Source: Saprolegnia diclina VS20 (lineage: Eukaryota). From it: a stretch of DNA of 64,000 nucleotides. A program made the position numbers and the translations under genes. Numbering within the stretch: position 1 is the first letter of the stretch; each line of letters begins with the position of its first letter. Positions 1 through 10,651 of this stretch are shown here, piece by piece. Below the pieces are notes generated by a model. That model was given only the letters and a program-made list of their open reading frames with translations. It searched no databases and was not told the origin of the DNA. The stretch spans positions 418,448 through 482,447 of the forward strand of contig NW_008246082.1 of the NCBI RefSeq assembly GCF_000281045.1. The letters run 5' to 3'.

Positions 1-37
1 ATGCCCATACGTACGCAGCGGCGTACGACGACTATTA

Positions 38-638
38 GGCTTCGTTTGGTGCGCAAAACGTGTTTTGTGTTTTTCCGGTTGCCGCAAAAGCAGATGCAGA
101 AACTACGAAAACACGTTTTTCCAAAAACGCGCGCGTTTGGTGAGCTCGTTTTACGTTATTTCCTCAAGAATGATATCTTGCAGTAGCCAATGGGAAGGTA
201 AGTACCCGTGTGACTAACGAGTTGGCAACGTCAGACGAAGTCGGCACCAATACGAGGGTCTGCGCTCGACTACGAATGGGCTCAAGAGGGCTGGTAGTTC
301 TTCGATGGCTGTAGAGGCAAGAAACGCCGCCAAGTACAAGCGCAATGGAGTTTAACGTCCATAAAACAGCGTGGACGATGTGAGCACCCATTTGATGAAC
401 TCCAACGAATTCCCAAAATACCCCTTGCCCTTCCCAAAAACAGCTCCGGAGGTGTTTTTGGAAAACACGTTTTGGGCCCCGATTTTGGCCAAAACGCGTT
501 TCACAAAAAAACGTGTTTTGGTCAACCAAACGCGCAACAAACGTGTTTTGCGGATTTGGTGCATAAAAACGCGCGCGACCGCCAGATGCATGACAAAACA
601 CGTTTTGGAGGCGAAAACGAGGAGCACCAAACGGGGCC
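38..638. mobile_element. Non-autonomous PIF/Harbinger-like (Tourist-type) MITE, ~601 bp
   Basis: 15-bp terminal inverted repeats GGCTTCGTTTGGTGC (38-52) and GCACCAAACGGGGCC (624-638; reverse complement GGCCCCGTTTGGTGC, 13/15 match). TTA on both flanks (35-37, 639-641) as target-site duplication. Subterminal AAAACGTGTTTT/AAAACACGTTTT repeats at both ends. No transposase ORF. Confidence 0.8.
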
Positions 639-1081
639 TTAGCAGAGATCACTGTTATGGCACGAGATGAATCGCACAATTCAAAGCCATATTTCGATTT
701 TGCTTGGTATGTACCTACCTGGGTCACTGGATCAAGTCGTGCAACGTGCAATACGACGTGGCAGCGTGGTCTTTCAAGGAAGCTCGCACCGTCGAATCGC
801 ATTATTATGTAGATGAATTACTTGCTGTTTGTGTTTAATAATATACTTTCATCTAACTATTCTATTGGCTATTTTTCGAATCATTTGGGCCAATCCTGTG
901 CGATGTGTTTTGCCGCATTCGTGAACGGAGGCTGGTCGGGCGGCCGAGCGACATTCAAAATGGAATCGCTAATACTGAAAGGGACATTAGATGGCGGCTT
1001 AGAGAGCATAAGGCGCTACGTCACTCCGACGTTTGAGATCTACAGTGTGCGCAATAGGACTATCTGTTAATTGTGTTACAC

Positions 1082-1120
1082 GCCATATTTATCCATATAA
1101 TAGCCACATATACCCATATT
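1082..1120. repeat. Imperfect 21-bp tandem duplication
   Basis: GCCATATTTATCCATATAATA followed by GCCACATATACCCATATT. Confidence 0.5.
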
Positions 1121-2038
1121 TAATCGGTTGCTTCTGCATGCTCGCAACTTGTAAGCCACACCTCTTCACCGAGAGCTCGAGTGAGTGCTGGGCGACCCGT
1201 CGGTCCGCGTGGCGGCCTAATCTAGCACATACCAATACCCACTCAAGCTCCTACAACAAGCAAGCGACACGTTGTCTCGAATCAACGTGTACACACTCTC
1301 GTCGCCCCACCAGAGAAGACATTCGTTATCGAGGTATGCCTTGTTTGCCGGCGCGGAAGACAGACAGTACCAAGCCATCGCTTTTGGCAGCCGTTATGGA
1401 GAGAGGCTCGTCGCCTTCTTCCGAGCCAGTAGCTCGTTTCTACAGCCCGCCACAACCCAAAGACTTGGCCTTTCAAAAAACGTATCACAAGGGTCCCACG
1501 TTGGCAGATCATACACCTGGTAGCATAGACGGCTGCACACGTCAGTCACGAGCCACCCGTTTGATTCGATTCTTAATGGCTTGCGCGACTCTGTGCATAG
1601 ATGGAGCGATGCGTGGCAAAGCCTGCAGCCTTGAAGAAGCTTCAACGACTCACGCTCAGCGCGTTGTGGCTTGCAGGCGTGGGCCTTAAACCTTTCCTCG
1701 TACTTGAAGCTCTCGTTCTATCTGGACTTGAATATTTGCAAGGCTCGTGGTAATACCATCCTCTCTTACGGCCTGCGATCGCGGCAGGCGAAGATCGCTG
1801 CATGGCCACGCGCTGCCGTTGGTTTTCAAAACGAACCAATCATCGATCGGGTGTCAAACCTTAGCCAATCAAAATACGTTGCGTCACACGGCGTGGCGAG
1901 ATGATGCCACGCACGCAAAGTGTTTAAAACGTGGTCGTTGCCGTCAGGGTCAAGCTCCATTTTTGTTTTATACAATTTAAATACAAATTATAAGATGTTG
2001 AGTTGTGTTTAAATCATGGATTGGCCGTTTCCGGCGGT

Positions 2039-2046
2039 ATCCGGAT
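2039..2046. promoter_or_regulatory. ATCCGGAT palindrome, candidate promoter element (one of ~14 copies in the window)
   Basis: ~76 bp upstream of the desaturase ATG, close to a reverse CCAAT (GATTGG at ~2019). The same motif recurs upstream of other genes. Confidence 0.5.
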
Positions 2047-2121
2047 GATCCAAGATCTACAAACCACTGGAGTTGGGATTCTTAGTTTGGCTTTCGAAGT
2101 TCAGCGAAGACAAGCAGCAGC

Positions 2122-3534
2122 ATGGCCCCGCAGACGGAGCTCCGCCAGCGCCACGCCGCCGTCGACGAGACGCCGGTGGCCGGCAAGAAGGCCTTTACAT
2201 GGCAGGAGGTTGCGCAGCACAACACGGCGACCTCGGCCTGGATCATCATCCGCGGCAAGGTCTACGACGTGACCGAGTGGGCCAACAAGCACCCCGGCGG
2301 CCGCGAGATGGTGTTGCTGCACGCCGGTCGCGAGGCCACCGACACGTTCGACTCGTACCACCCGTTCAGCGACAAAGCCGAGTCGATCTTGAACAAGTAT
2401 GAGATTGGCACGTTCACGGGCCCGACCGAGTTTCCGACCTTCAAGCCGGACACGGGCTTCTACAAGGAGTGCCGCAAGCGCGTTGGCGAGTACTTCAAGA
2501 AGAACAACCTCCACCCGCAGGACGGCTTCCCCGGCCTCTGGCGCATGATGGTCGTGTTTGCGGTCGCCGGCCTCGCCTTGTACGGCATGCATTTTTCGAC
2601 CATCTTTGCGCTGCAGCTCGCGGCCGCGGCGCTCTTCGGCGTCTGCCAGGCGCTGCCGCTGCTCCACGTCATGCACGACTCGTCGCACGCGTCGTACACC
2701 AACATGCCGTTCTTCCATTACGTCGTCGGCCGCTTCGCCATGGACTGGTTCGCCGGCGGCTCGATGGTGTCGTGGCTCAACCAGCACGTCGTGGGCCACC
2801 ACATCTACACGAACGTTGCGGGCTCGGACCCGGATCTCCCGGTCAACATGGACGGCGACATCCGCCGCATCGTGAACCGCCAGGTGTTCCAGCCCATGTA
2901 CGCGTTCCAGCACATCTACCTTCCGCCGCTCTACGGCGTGCTTGGCCTCAAGTTCCGCATCCAGGACTTCACCGACACGTTTGGCTCGCACACGAACGGC
3001 CCGATCCGCGTCAACCCGCACGCGCTCTCGACGTGGATGGCCATGATCAGCTCCAAGTCGTTCTGGGCCTTCTACCGCGTGTACCTTCCGCTTGCCGTGC
3101 TCCAGATGCCCATCAAGACGTACCTCGCGATCTTCTTCCTCGCCGAGTTTGTTACCGGCTGGTACCTCGCGTTCAACTTCCAAGTTAGCCACGTCTCGAC
3201 CGAGTGCGGCTACCCGTGCGGCGATGAGGCCAAGATGGCGCTCCAGGACGAGTGGGCCGTCTCGCAGGTCAAGACGTCGGTCGACTACGCCCATGGCTCG
3301 TGGATGACGACGTTCCTTGCCGGCGCGCTCAACTACCAGGTCGTGCACCACTTGTTCCCGAGCGTCTCGCAGTACCACTACCCGGCGATCGCGCCCATCA
3401 TCGTCGACGTCTGCAAGGAGTACAACATCAAGTACGCCATCTTGCCGGACTTTACGTCGGCGTTCGTTGCCCACTTGAAGCACCTCCGCAACATGGGCCA
3501 GCAGGGCATCGCCGCCACGATCCACATGGGCTAA
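2122..3534 (+). CDS. Front-end delta-5 fatty acid desaturase (cytochrome b5 fusion), intronless, 470 aa
   Basis: N-terminal cytochrome b5 HPGG motif. His boxes HDSSH, HVVGHH and QVVHH (Q in the third box is diagnostic of front-end desaturases). Very like the Saprolegnia delta-5 desaturase as I recall it. Confidence 0.95.
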   Translation: MAPQTELRQRHAAVDETPVAGKKAFTWQEVAQHNTATSAWIIIRGKVYDVTEWANKHPGGREMVLLHAGREATDTFDSYHPFSDKAESILNKYEIGTFTGPTEFPTFKPDTGFYKECRKRVGEYFKKNNLHPQDGFPGLWRMMVVFAVAGLALYGMHFSTIFALQLAAAALFGVCQALPLLHVMHDSSHASYTNMPFFHYVVGRFAMDWFAGGSMVSWLNQHVVGHHIYTNVAGSDPDLPVNMDGDIRRIVNRQVFQPMYAFQHIYLPPLYGVLGLKFRIQDFTDTFGSHTNGPIRVNPHALSTWMAMISSKSFWAFYRVYLPLAVLQMPIKTYLAIFFLAEFVTGWYLAFNFQVSHVSTECGYPCGDEAKMALQDEWAVSQVKTSVDYAHGSWMTTFLAGALNYQVVHHLFPSVSQYHYPAIAPIIVDVCKEYNIKYAILPDFTSAFVAHLKHLRNMGQQGIAATIHMG

Positions 3535-4595
3535 ACCTCCGTCGTCGACACACTTTGTGAATGCGAGATGTTGAGTTTCGCCATCAATATGCTGTTGTTT
3601 GCGAGTTCATGCAGTAGGAGCGCTGTAGTTTATGGCAGTGTATCGAGCCAGAATCTTGAGGGCAAGTCGTGCTAGCCGCCGACATTCGATGGTCCTCGGC
3701 TTATGAGGCATGCTGCTTCGATCCAAAGCCACGAGACGCGTGCGGACAGCAGGTGCCACGCCGACTTTCACAGAACCCATCGCCCAAGGGTGCGACGCCG
3801 ACGGGGACCTCTCAGTTCTGCGTGTGTTATTTGTTATTTGGTTGCCAACGCAAGCATAGCAGCTCGGTCCGCGCCATGTCGGGACTCTTGACATCGCCTC
3901 GAGGAGCCGCGGTGGCGTCGCAGTTGTCGACCCATCATCTCGCGTGGCTTGTGTGGGCGAGTGCTCGAAAACAGATGCTACTCAAGCGCCCGGCGTCAAG
4001 ATCGCGCCCACGGACCCTCGTCATCGCCGCCTTGGCGCGCGGCAGCTGCGCAGCGTGTATCCACACCACGCATCCACTACCCGAGTGCTACAGTACGCAC
4101 GCTCCTCTGTCAGCTACCGCTCCTCTGCTTCACGTTCTCTCCTCCTCAGCGCTCCTTCTCAGTTCTTATTCCCCACACCACGACCAGTGCCGACCACATC
4201 TGTGGCTCATGCGCCAAGCAGCCAAGAGCGCCAAGACTGGCGTGGCCGTGGTCAACGTCTAGCGTCAACAGGACTGCGTACCGGTACACGATTGAAGTGT
4301 TGGGTACGGCAGTCGACCTTGGTCACTTGGTTGCGTACCAAGCAATTGCTTGCGTGCGCTCCATGCAGCAGCAACCTGGTTCGCCTGCACTTCACCTGCA
4401 ATTCGCTTACTTGAGACCAATTGACGTCGGCCCGCGCGAGACAGGCCGCCCCCAGCGTCGGACACGCACGTTGTAAGCGAATTGCATCTGCGACCAGCGG
4501 CAGCTGCGCTGGCAGATGCCGAAAATAAACCAAACGCACCAATCAGACGCCCACCTTCTGTCATGAATTCGGCACGGGACGATCGCAAGGTTGTG

Positions 4596-4609
4596 TCAGT
4601 TGTGAATTT
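4596..4609 (+). promoter_or_regulatory. Oomycete INR/FPR-like core promoter element
   Basis: TCAGTTGTGAATTT ~20 bp upstream of ATG 4628; CCAATCAG at ~4539. Confidence 0.45.
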
Positions 4610-4627
4610 GCCGCCTCCTTGCTCAAT

Positions 4628-5470
4628 ATGATGGCCCGCTCCATGACCTACTTTGCGGCCGCTGCGCTCTGCGTCGCGCTTGTCGCTGCCGACTCTGCCA
4701 CGACGGCGCCCGTCAACCAAGTGCAGAAGGTGCTCAACACCTCGGGCTCGCAAGTCATTGACACGCTCTCGGGCGGCGACTCGGCGACCGCCTCGGCGCT
4801 CAAGGGCATCTTTGCCGCGGTCGCGCTCATTGCGTCGCTCGGCGTCACCTTTGTCGGCTACAAGATGATCTACCCGGTGCTCTTTGCGGCCTCGTTCTTC
4901 TTTGGCGCGTGCTTCTCGTACGACGTGCTCCTCCAGCTCTTTGCCAACCAGAACGCGGCGTACGTCGGCTTTGTCATTGGCGGTATCCTCGCGGCGGTCC
5001 TCGTCCTCTACTTTTACGACGTTGGTATCTTTGCGATCGGCGCGGTCGCCGGTGCGATGGGCGGCTTCATCTTTGACGCGTCGTTCACGGCCAGCCTCGG
5101 CGGCGAGAACCACTTGTATGTCCACTACGCGATTGTGATCATTACGGCGATTGCCGGCGGTGTCGCGGCGCTCAAGCTCGAGAAGACGGCGCTTGTCATT
5201 GCGACGTCGTTTGCCGGCGCGGCCATCTTTGTCGGCGCGCTCGGCCACTTTATCGGCGGGTACCCGACCGGCGACCAGCTCACCAACATCAAGGGCAACG
5301 CGTCGTTCATCAACAACGTGCCGTCCTCGTGGTGGGGCTACTTTGCCGCGACGCTCGTGCTCTTTGCCCTCGGCGCCTATGTGCAGTTCTTCCACACGGC
5401 CAAGAACGTCAACCACATTGACGGCAACTCGGACGAGAAGAAGCCGCTCCACGGCTACCGCAATGTCTAA
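4628..5470 (+). CDS. Multi-pass membrane protein with signal peptide, DUF4203/TMEM198-like
   Basis: Signal peptide followed by ~7 Gly-rich TM helices. Motifs FVGYKM, KLEKTALVIATSFAGA and GGYPTG. Paralog at 36277-37161. Confidence 0.8.
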   Translation: MMARSMTYFAAAALCVALVAADSATTAPVNQVQKVLNTSGSQVIDTLSGGDSATASALKGIFAAVALIASLGVTFVGYKMIYPVLFAASFFFGACFSYDVLLQLFANQNAAYVGFVIGGILAAVLVLYFYDVGIFAIGAVAGAMGGFIFDASFTASLGGENHLYVHYAIVIITAIAGGVAALKLEKTALVIATSFAGAAIFVGALGHFIGGYPTGDQLTNIKGNASFINNVPSSWWGYFAATLVLFALGAYVQFFHTAKNVNHIDGNSDEKKPLHGYRNV

Positions 5471-6455
5471 GCGCTAAGATCTAAGATCGCCATGTTGCGG
5501 TCGATAAGGACATGATGTGTGTGTTGTCCATGCCTACTTTCGTGTCCTGACTGCTGCAGACTACAACCAAATTATTGTTGATGCACCCTGCTAAAGTCAG
5601 TAGGCGGTCTCGGTCGTCGCGCCTTAGTGAACCGATGACACATATATGTCAACGTGTATGTTGGAGTAAAACAAAAGGATGTCGTCCTTGGACGCACCAC
5701 CTTGCGAAACCCTCGCCTCAAAACGAAGCCGGGCGGTCAAATGTTGGGGTAACGTCTGCCGGATCAACGATACTAGTGTCGTCGACAGTCAAGAGTTTGT
5801 ACTCGCGGATGCCATGGCTTCCGAGATGCGGACAACGAGGATGTTCTGCTCGTACTTGGTAGTCTATCTCGGAGATGACGCAGAGCTCGTAGCCGACTTG
5901 GTCCGGCTGCCGTAGCACGTCCTCGACGTCTGACCAGTCCACGGCGTTGATCGGGTGAACGCCGTTTGTCATGTTGGTCACAAACGAGCACTTAAACAAC
6001 GCGAAATAGAATGCGCAGTGGCGTTAAGCTTCCTACGGGTACAACTTGTAGGAACGTTTGGAATGGTATATGTACGCAAAGTTATGGTCATTCGTTATGC
6101 TACAGCGCACCGCCACTACAACGAGCGAGGACAAAGCATGACTCTACACTCGATGTCCTCGACACACGTCGAGCGAGACACTCGGTGGCCGGCCATTGTG
6201 CGCTTGCCCATTCTTAGAGCTGATACCATTCGAATGTTGGTTCTAGCCAGCGCTCCCGCGACGATCTTGGCAGCCGACGCCAAGCTGGCAGTCGGCGCTG
6301 CCACGTCCAATGCATCCCGTTCCATCTCGCCAACGATTGGCCCATGGTATTGCGTAATGATATTGTTTGCATTTTATTCAACATACAAAACGCAAGTCTA
6401 CGAGTGTGAATTCCGTGGTATAAAATCAGGTTCTGGAGATTGCACTTTGGCAGCC

Positions 6456-9155
6456 ATGGGCCTCGACATCCAAGTGCTCGGCGTCGGCAGCGCCGAGATG
6501 GCGCCGTCCGTCATCGTCACGGGCGAGAGCCAGCGGTACTTGACCATCTTCCTCTTTCCTCTTAGGCCATGCGGTGCTAGGTACCTCTTTAACGCGGGCG
6601 AAGGCCTCCAGCGAGTGTGCATGGAGCACCGGGTGCGCCTCGGGAAGCTCCAGACAGTCCTTCTCACGGAGCTCACGTCCGAGACGTTGGGCGGCCTACC
6701 TGGCCTCATCTTGACCATCTCGGACATTGGCAAGAAGGGCCTGCGCCTCTGCGGACCCGACGGCACGTCCTCTTTTCTTCACGCGACGCGCCATTTCCTC
6801 AACCGGTGGCGTCCTGCGGTTGCACATCCTAGAGTCGTTGGCTCACGATCGTAGTAGGCCCAAGTTTGAGCTGAAAGCACACGACATTGCTTCGGCGAGC
6901 GACGCGCCGCTTCTCGCAGACGAGAACATGACGCTGGATGCTGTCGTTGTGACGTCGTCGCGCGCACACACCGACGACGAGAACGCGGCCAAGCGCCAGA
7001 AGGTCCCAACGGTCACAAGCGTGAGCTACATTGGCGAGACGCCCCGCCAGCGCGGCAAGTTTTTGATCCAGAAAGCGCTCGCCCTCGGTGTGCCCAAGGG
7101 CCCGCTCTGCGGCGCCTTGCACCGCGGTGAAGACGTTACGGTCGTTGTCGACGGCAAGTCGGTGGTCGTGACACCGGCGCAGTGCGTCGAGCCGTCGCTT
7201 CCAGGTAGAAATGCATTCGCTAGCCAGCGTCCGAGTGTGCATTCGGCTAGGCGCCGCGTTTGCGGTCGTGGCGTGTCCTGGTGTGTCGTCGATCGCGCCT
7301 CTCTTGCAAGCCCGCGCTTTTCACAAGTTCGTGTTCACTTACGAACGTGGCATTTGATGGTATCGGCCATAGGTATCAAGGCGGCGAGACGGACCTCGCT
7401 GTGCTCGTGCACATGGGCGGCATGGACGTCGTTTCGCACCCCGACTACATTGCGTGGACGCTGACGTTTGGTCGTCGCGTGCAGCACATTCTGGTTCACT
7501 TTGTCGTAGCCACTGCATCTCACACACTTCGTAGGTCAACCACACGGCGTGTCCGCAACGGACGCCGTACCGTGCCAGCGCGGCCCTTCAAGCCACGCTG
7601 CATGGTCTCTTTCCTGGCACCTTTCCCCCGTCGCACCACGAAACCAACACCACGACCTCGGTCGACACAGAGTTTGGGGCCGCTATCGTCGGCGTACGTC
7701 GCAAGACGCATTTGCCTTTGATGGACACGGAGTTGTAGGAACCGCTGCTCAAGTACACGCTCGTGCCTGTGCCCAAGCAAGGCGTCGATCGCGCGAGCTG
7801 CTTTACTCCATTGGACTTGGCCGCGCTCATCGCCGAGACGCAGACGATGCTCCGCGAGGCCAACGTGACTGTGGCGCCGCCGGGCCCAAGCGCCAGTAGT
7901 AGCACTGCCTGCGTGCAAGCCGGCGCTGTCACGTTCCTCGGCACGGGCTCGGCGATTCCGTCCAAGTACCGCAACGTCACGTCCAACTTGCTTCGGTTTG
8001 GTGACGCGTACCTCTTGTTGGACGCTGGCGAAGGCACGTACGGGCAGCTGTACCGGCACGTTGGTGGTGACGAGGCCGCGCTAAACGCGCTTCTCGCCAA
8101 CCTCCACGTGGTGTGGATCTCGCACAACCACGCCGACCACCACTTGGGTCTTGTGCGACTCCTCAGTCGTCGTCCGATCGAGGTACAGGGTTCGATCTTC
8201 GGCACTTGCAACCGAATGCGTTGTAGTTGGCGCCATTAGCGATCGTGGGCCCGCCGCACGTGCTCAACTGGCTGCGCGACTACGGCGCGGTGGACGCCAG
8301 CATCAACGCCAAGTACATGTACGAGAGCAACGGCTTCTTTGACGTCCATGGACCCAGCGCCAAGGACCGTATGTGCACACAGTTGGCACGACCACGCTCA
8401 GTTGCATTGCGTGTAGAGGAGCGTTTTGGGTCGAATGAAAAGGCCATTCGCGACATTCTCAAGCAACGGTATGGCGTGACGAGGTATGACGAGTCTCCTT
8501 GCACGATACGATACGGCTGGCTCATCGCGCATGTAGCTTTGAGTGCGTGCCGGTCAAGCACTGCCACCTCTCGTATGCGCTCGTGCTCATATGTGCCAAC
8601 GGGTATGGATACACCTTGGGTGAATGGACTGCAAAGATGGAGCGACGCAGGTTCAAGGTCGCCTTCTCGGGCGACTGCCGCCCGAGCGACGCTCTCGTCC
8701 AGTACGCCGAGGACGCCGACTTGCTCATTCACGAAGCCACCTTTGAAGGTATCGATGGACGTGTCCCTGCAGCGGGCGACTGTGGTGTAGAGGGCATGCT
8801 GGACGAAGCCAAGGCCAAGGACCATTCGACGACCGACGAAGCGATCGGCGTCGGGCTCAAGGCCAACGCCAAGTACATTCTCTTGACGCATTTTAGGTAT
8901 GCAGTATTGTATATATACGTGTTGCGCAAACGGCGGTGTACTAGCCAACGCTACCCCAAGATGCCGACGATCTCGGCCGAGGCTTTGCAGCGTGTCATGA
9001 CGGCGCTCGACCTCATGTCGCTCTCGTTCCACGAGCTCCACGTGCCCCAGCTCATGCAGGTAGGCTCGATGGAGTGTCGATGAGCGGAAGACGAAGCTTG
9101 CACGTAGGCGTGTCAAGCCATCTTGCCGGGCAACGACGTTGCCGACGACGAATAG
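6456..9155 (+). CDS. ELAC2: tRNase Z long form (ELAC2/Trz1), multi-exon
   Basis: YLFNAGEGLQR pseudo-motif, GVPKGP exosite, FLGTGSAIPSKYRN, LLDAGEGT, SHNHADHH, SGDCRP, LIHEATF, HST and LTHF|SQRYPK across GT-AG introns. Stop TAG 9153-9155. Confidence 0.92.
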
Positions 9156-9396
9156 AGCGTCTCTGCATATGGGATACGCAGTGAAGGGCGCGTCGAGCTA
9201 GGAAGGAAGAGGTAGTCTGATGCTAGATCAACTACAACCTTGAAGGAAGACAAAATGTTTGGTATCCAGTGCAGGACTCGACGGTTGGAGAATGCATTGA
9301 TCGCAGCAGCTCCGAAGACGACGAGGATGGCACGTCCTGTCCTGACGTGGGCGGTTGGCGCGGCGGTGTGTGTGAGCTTCCTGCGGCTGTTTGTCG

Positions 9397-9480
9397 GAGC
9401 AGGATAGCGCAGCAGGAGAACAGAATAGCACAGCAAGATAGCAGGATAGCTCGATAGGATAGTAGCAAGATAGTAGGATA
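9397..9480. repeat. Degenerate ~8-bp tandem repeat (AGGATAGC/AAGATAGT-like)
   Basis: aggatagcgc...agaatagcac...aagatagcaggatagctcgataggatagtagcaagatagtaggata, between RNase Z and the HAD gene. Confidence 0.55.
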
Positions 9481-9687
9481 TGGCTTGTCGTCTCGGGTGG
9501 GAATCCGAAGATGGCGGCCAAAAAGGCCGTCGTCGGCCGAAGATTCGATTGAAGTTGGCTGCGTCCCATTGTTTTAAACCTGTTGCTTTCTTGTCGCTGC
9601 ATTGTATATTTGTATGCAAAGTGTTTTTAACATTAAAGGTGATGGCGGCACCCAATATTGCACAAGGACCAATATTGGTTTGGCGGC

Positions 9688-10557
9688 ATGGGCAAGGCGC
9701 CGTGGTACTCGCTCCTCGCGTTCGACCTCGATGGCACGCTCCTCAACAAGGCCGGCCACGTGAGCCCGCGCACGGCCGCGGCGATCCGTGCTGTCGTCGC
9801 GACCGGCGCCATCGTCTCCCTGTGCTCCGGCCGGTCGACTGCGTGCATGGTGGAGGCGGCGCGCCAGCTCGGCCTTGACCACGGCGTGACGCTCGTGTCG
9901 TGCAATGGCGCCGCCGCCTTTGACCCGACCAACAAGCCGCTCTTTATCGACACGATGGCCGTCGAGAGTGTTCGCCATGTGCTTCGGGTGGCCGCCAATA
10001 TGGACCGCTGCGTTAACGTGTACGACGAGGAGCGCGGTGTGATCCACGCCAAGCCGACGCATCCGCACCACTACGACCTCATTGACGAGTATAGTAAGCG
10101 CACGGGCGGCGTCTATAACCTCGTCGACGAGTACGACACGACGGGCGTCCGGCCATGCCAGCTCGCGGTCCTCGGGCGTGACGTCGATGCGATCCATGCC
10201 ACGCTGACGGCTGAGGTGCCGAGCCTCACCTTCAACAAGTACTCGACGTTCGTCGAGTGCCTCCCGAGCCAAGTGCACAAGGGCGTCGGGCTCACACGCC
10301 TCGCGCAGCATCTCTCGATTCCTCTCGCGCGCACGGTCGCGTTTGGCGACGGCTTGAACGACCTCGAGTTCGTCCAGACCGCAGGACTGGGTATCGCGAT
10401 GGCCAACGGCGACGATGCGGTCAAGCGGGCAGCAAACCGCGTCTCGCGCTACGACCACGACGACGACGGCGTCGCCCACGAGCTTGAGTGGCTGCTACGA
10501 ACGGGCGTCGTCGGCGTGCCACCCGAGGTCAATCAGCAGGCCATGGCCTCGATCTAA
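9688..10557 (+). CDS. Cof-type HAD-IIB hydrolase/phosphatase, intronless
   Basis: Motif I FDLDGTLL, motif II CSGR, SCNGA, HKGVGL, motif IV AFGDGLNDLE, GIAMANG, DDGVA. Confidence 0.9.
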   Translation: MGKAPWYSLLAFDLDGTLLNKAGHVSPRTAAAIRAVVATGAIVSLCSGRSTACMVEAARQLGLDHGVTLVSCNGAAAFDPTNKPLFIDTMAVESVRHVLRVAANMDRCVNVYDEERGVIHAKPTHPHHYDLIDEYSKRTGGVYNLVDEYDTTGVRPCQLAVLGRDVDAIHATLTAEVPSLTFNKYSTFVECLPSQVHKGVGLTRLAQHLSIPLARTVAFGDGLNDLEFVQTAGLGIAMANGDDAVKRAANRVSRYDHDDDGVAHELEWLLRTGVVGVPPEVNQQAMASI

Positions 10558-10565
10558 CAACGGAT

Positions 10566-10596
10566 TTGAGTTTGGAGTTTGGAGTCTTGAGTTTGG
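10566..10596. repeat. Short (GAGTTTG)n-like tandem repeat
   Basis: ttgagtttggagtttggagtcttgagtttgg in the ~95-bp spacer, followed by TGATTGG (reverse CCAAT). Confidence 0.5.
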
Positions 10597-10651
10597 ACGG
10601 TTGCGTACTGTGATTGGCTGAAATTGGAGGCTGGTGAAAATACAAGAGCGG

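Noticed and set aside
164..802. ORFs overlapping the MITE as a possible transposase
   Set aside because: No DDE or Myb/SANT motifs; translations reflect the repeated AAAACACGTTTT boxes
800..1980. Several 65-218 aa ORFs upstream of the desaturase
   Set aside because: No codon bias or motifs; possibly decayed sequence, but not assignable
2101..3525. Long antisense ORFs (474 aa here; similarly 4265-5452, 29911-30882, 34569-35549, 36184-37167, 53097-54272)
   Set aside because: Shadows of GC3-biased sense genes; no recognisable motifs
3600..4500. Overlapping ORFs of 150-200 aa
   Set aside because: No coherent exon structure or homology recognised
5718..5999. Minus-strand ORF with protein-like composition
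   Set aside because: Short, no family recognised, no supporting gene structure
9397..9480. Repeats as a CRISPR-like or telomeric array
   Set aside because: Degenerate 8-mers without spacers; not TTTAGGG-like; eukaryotic context
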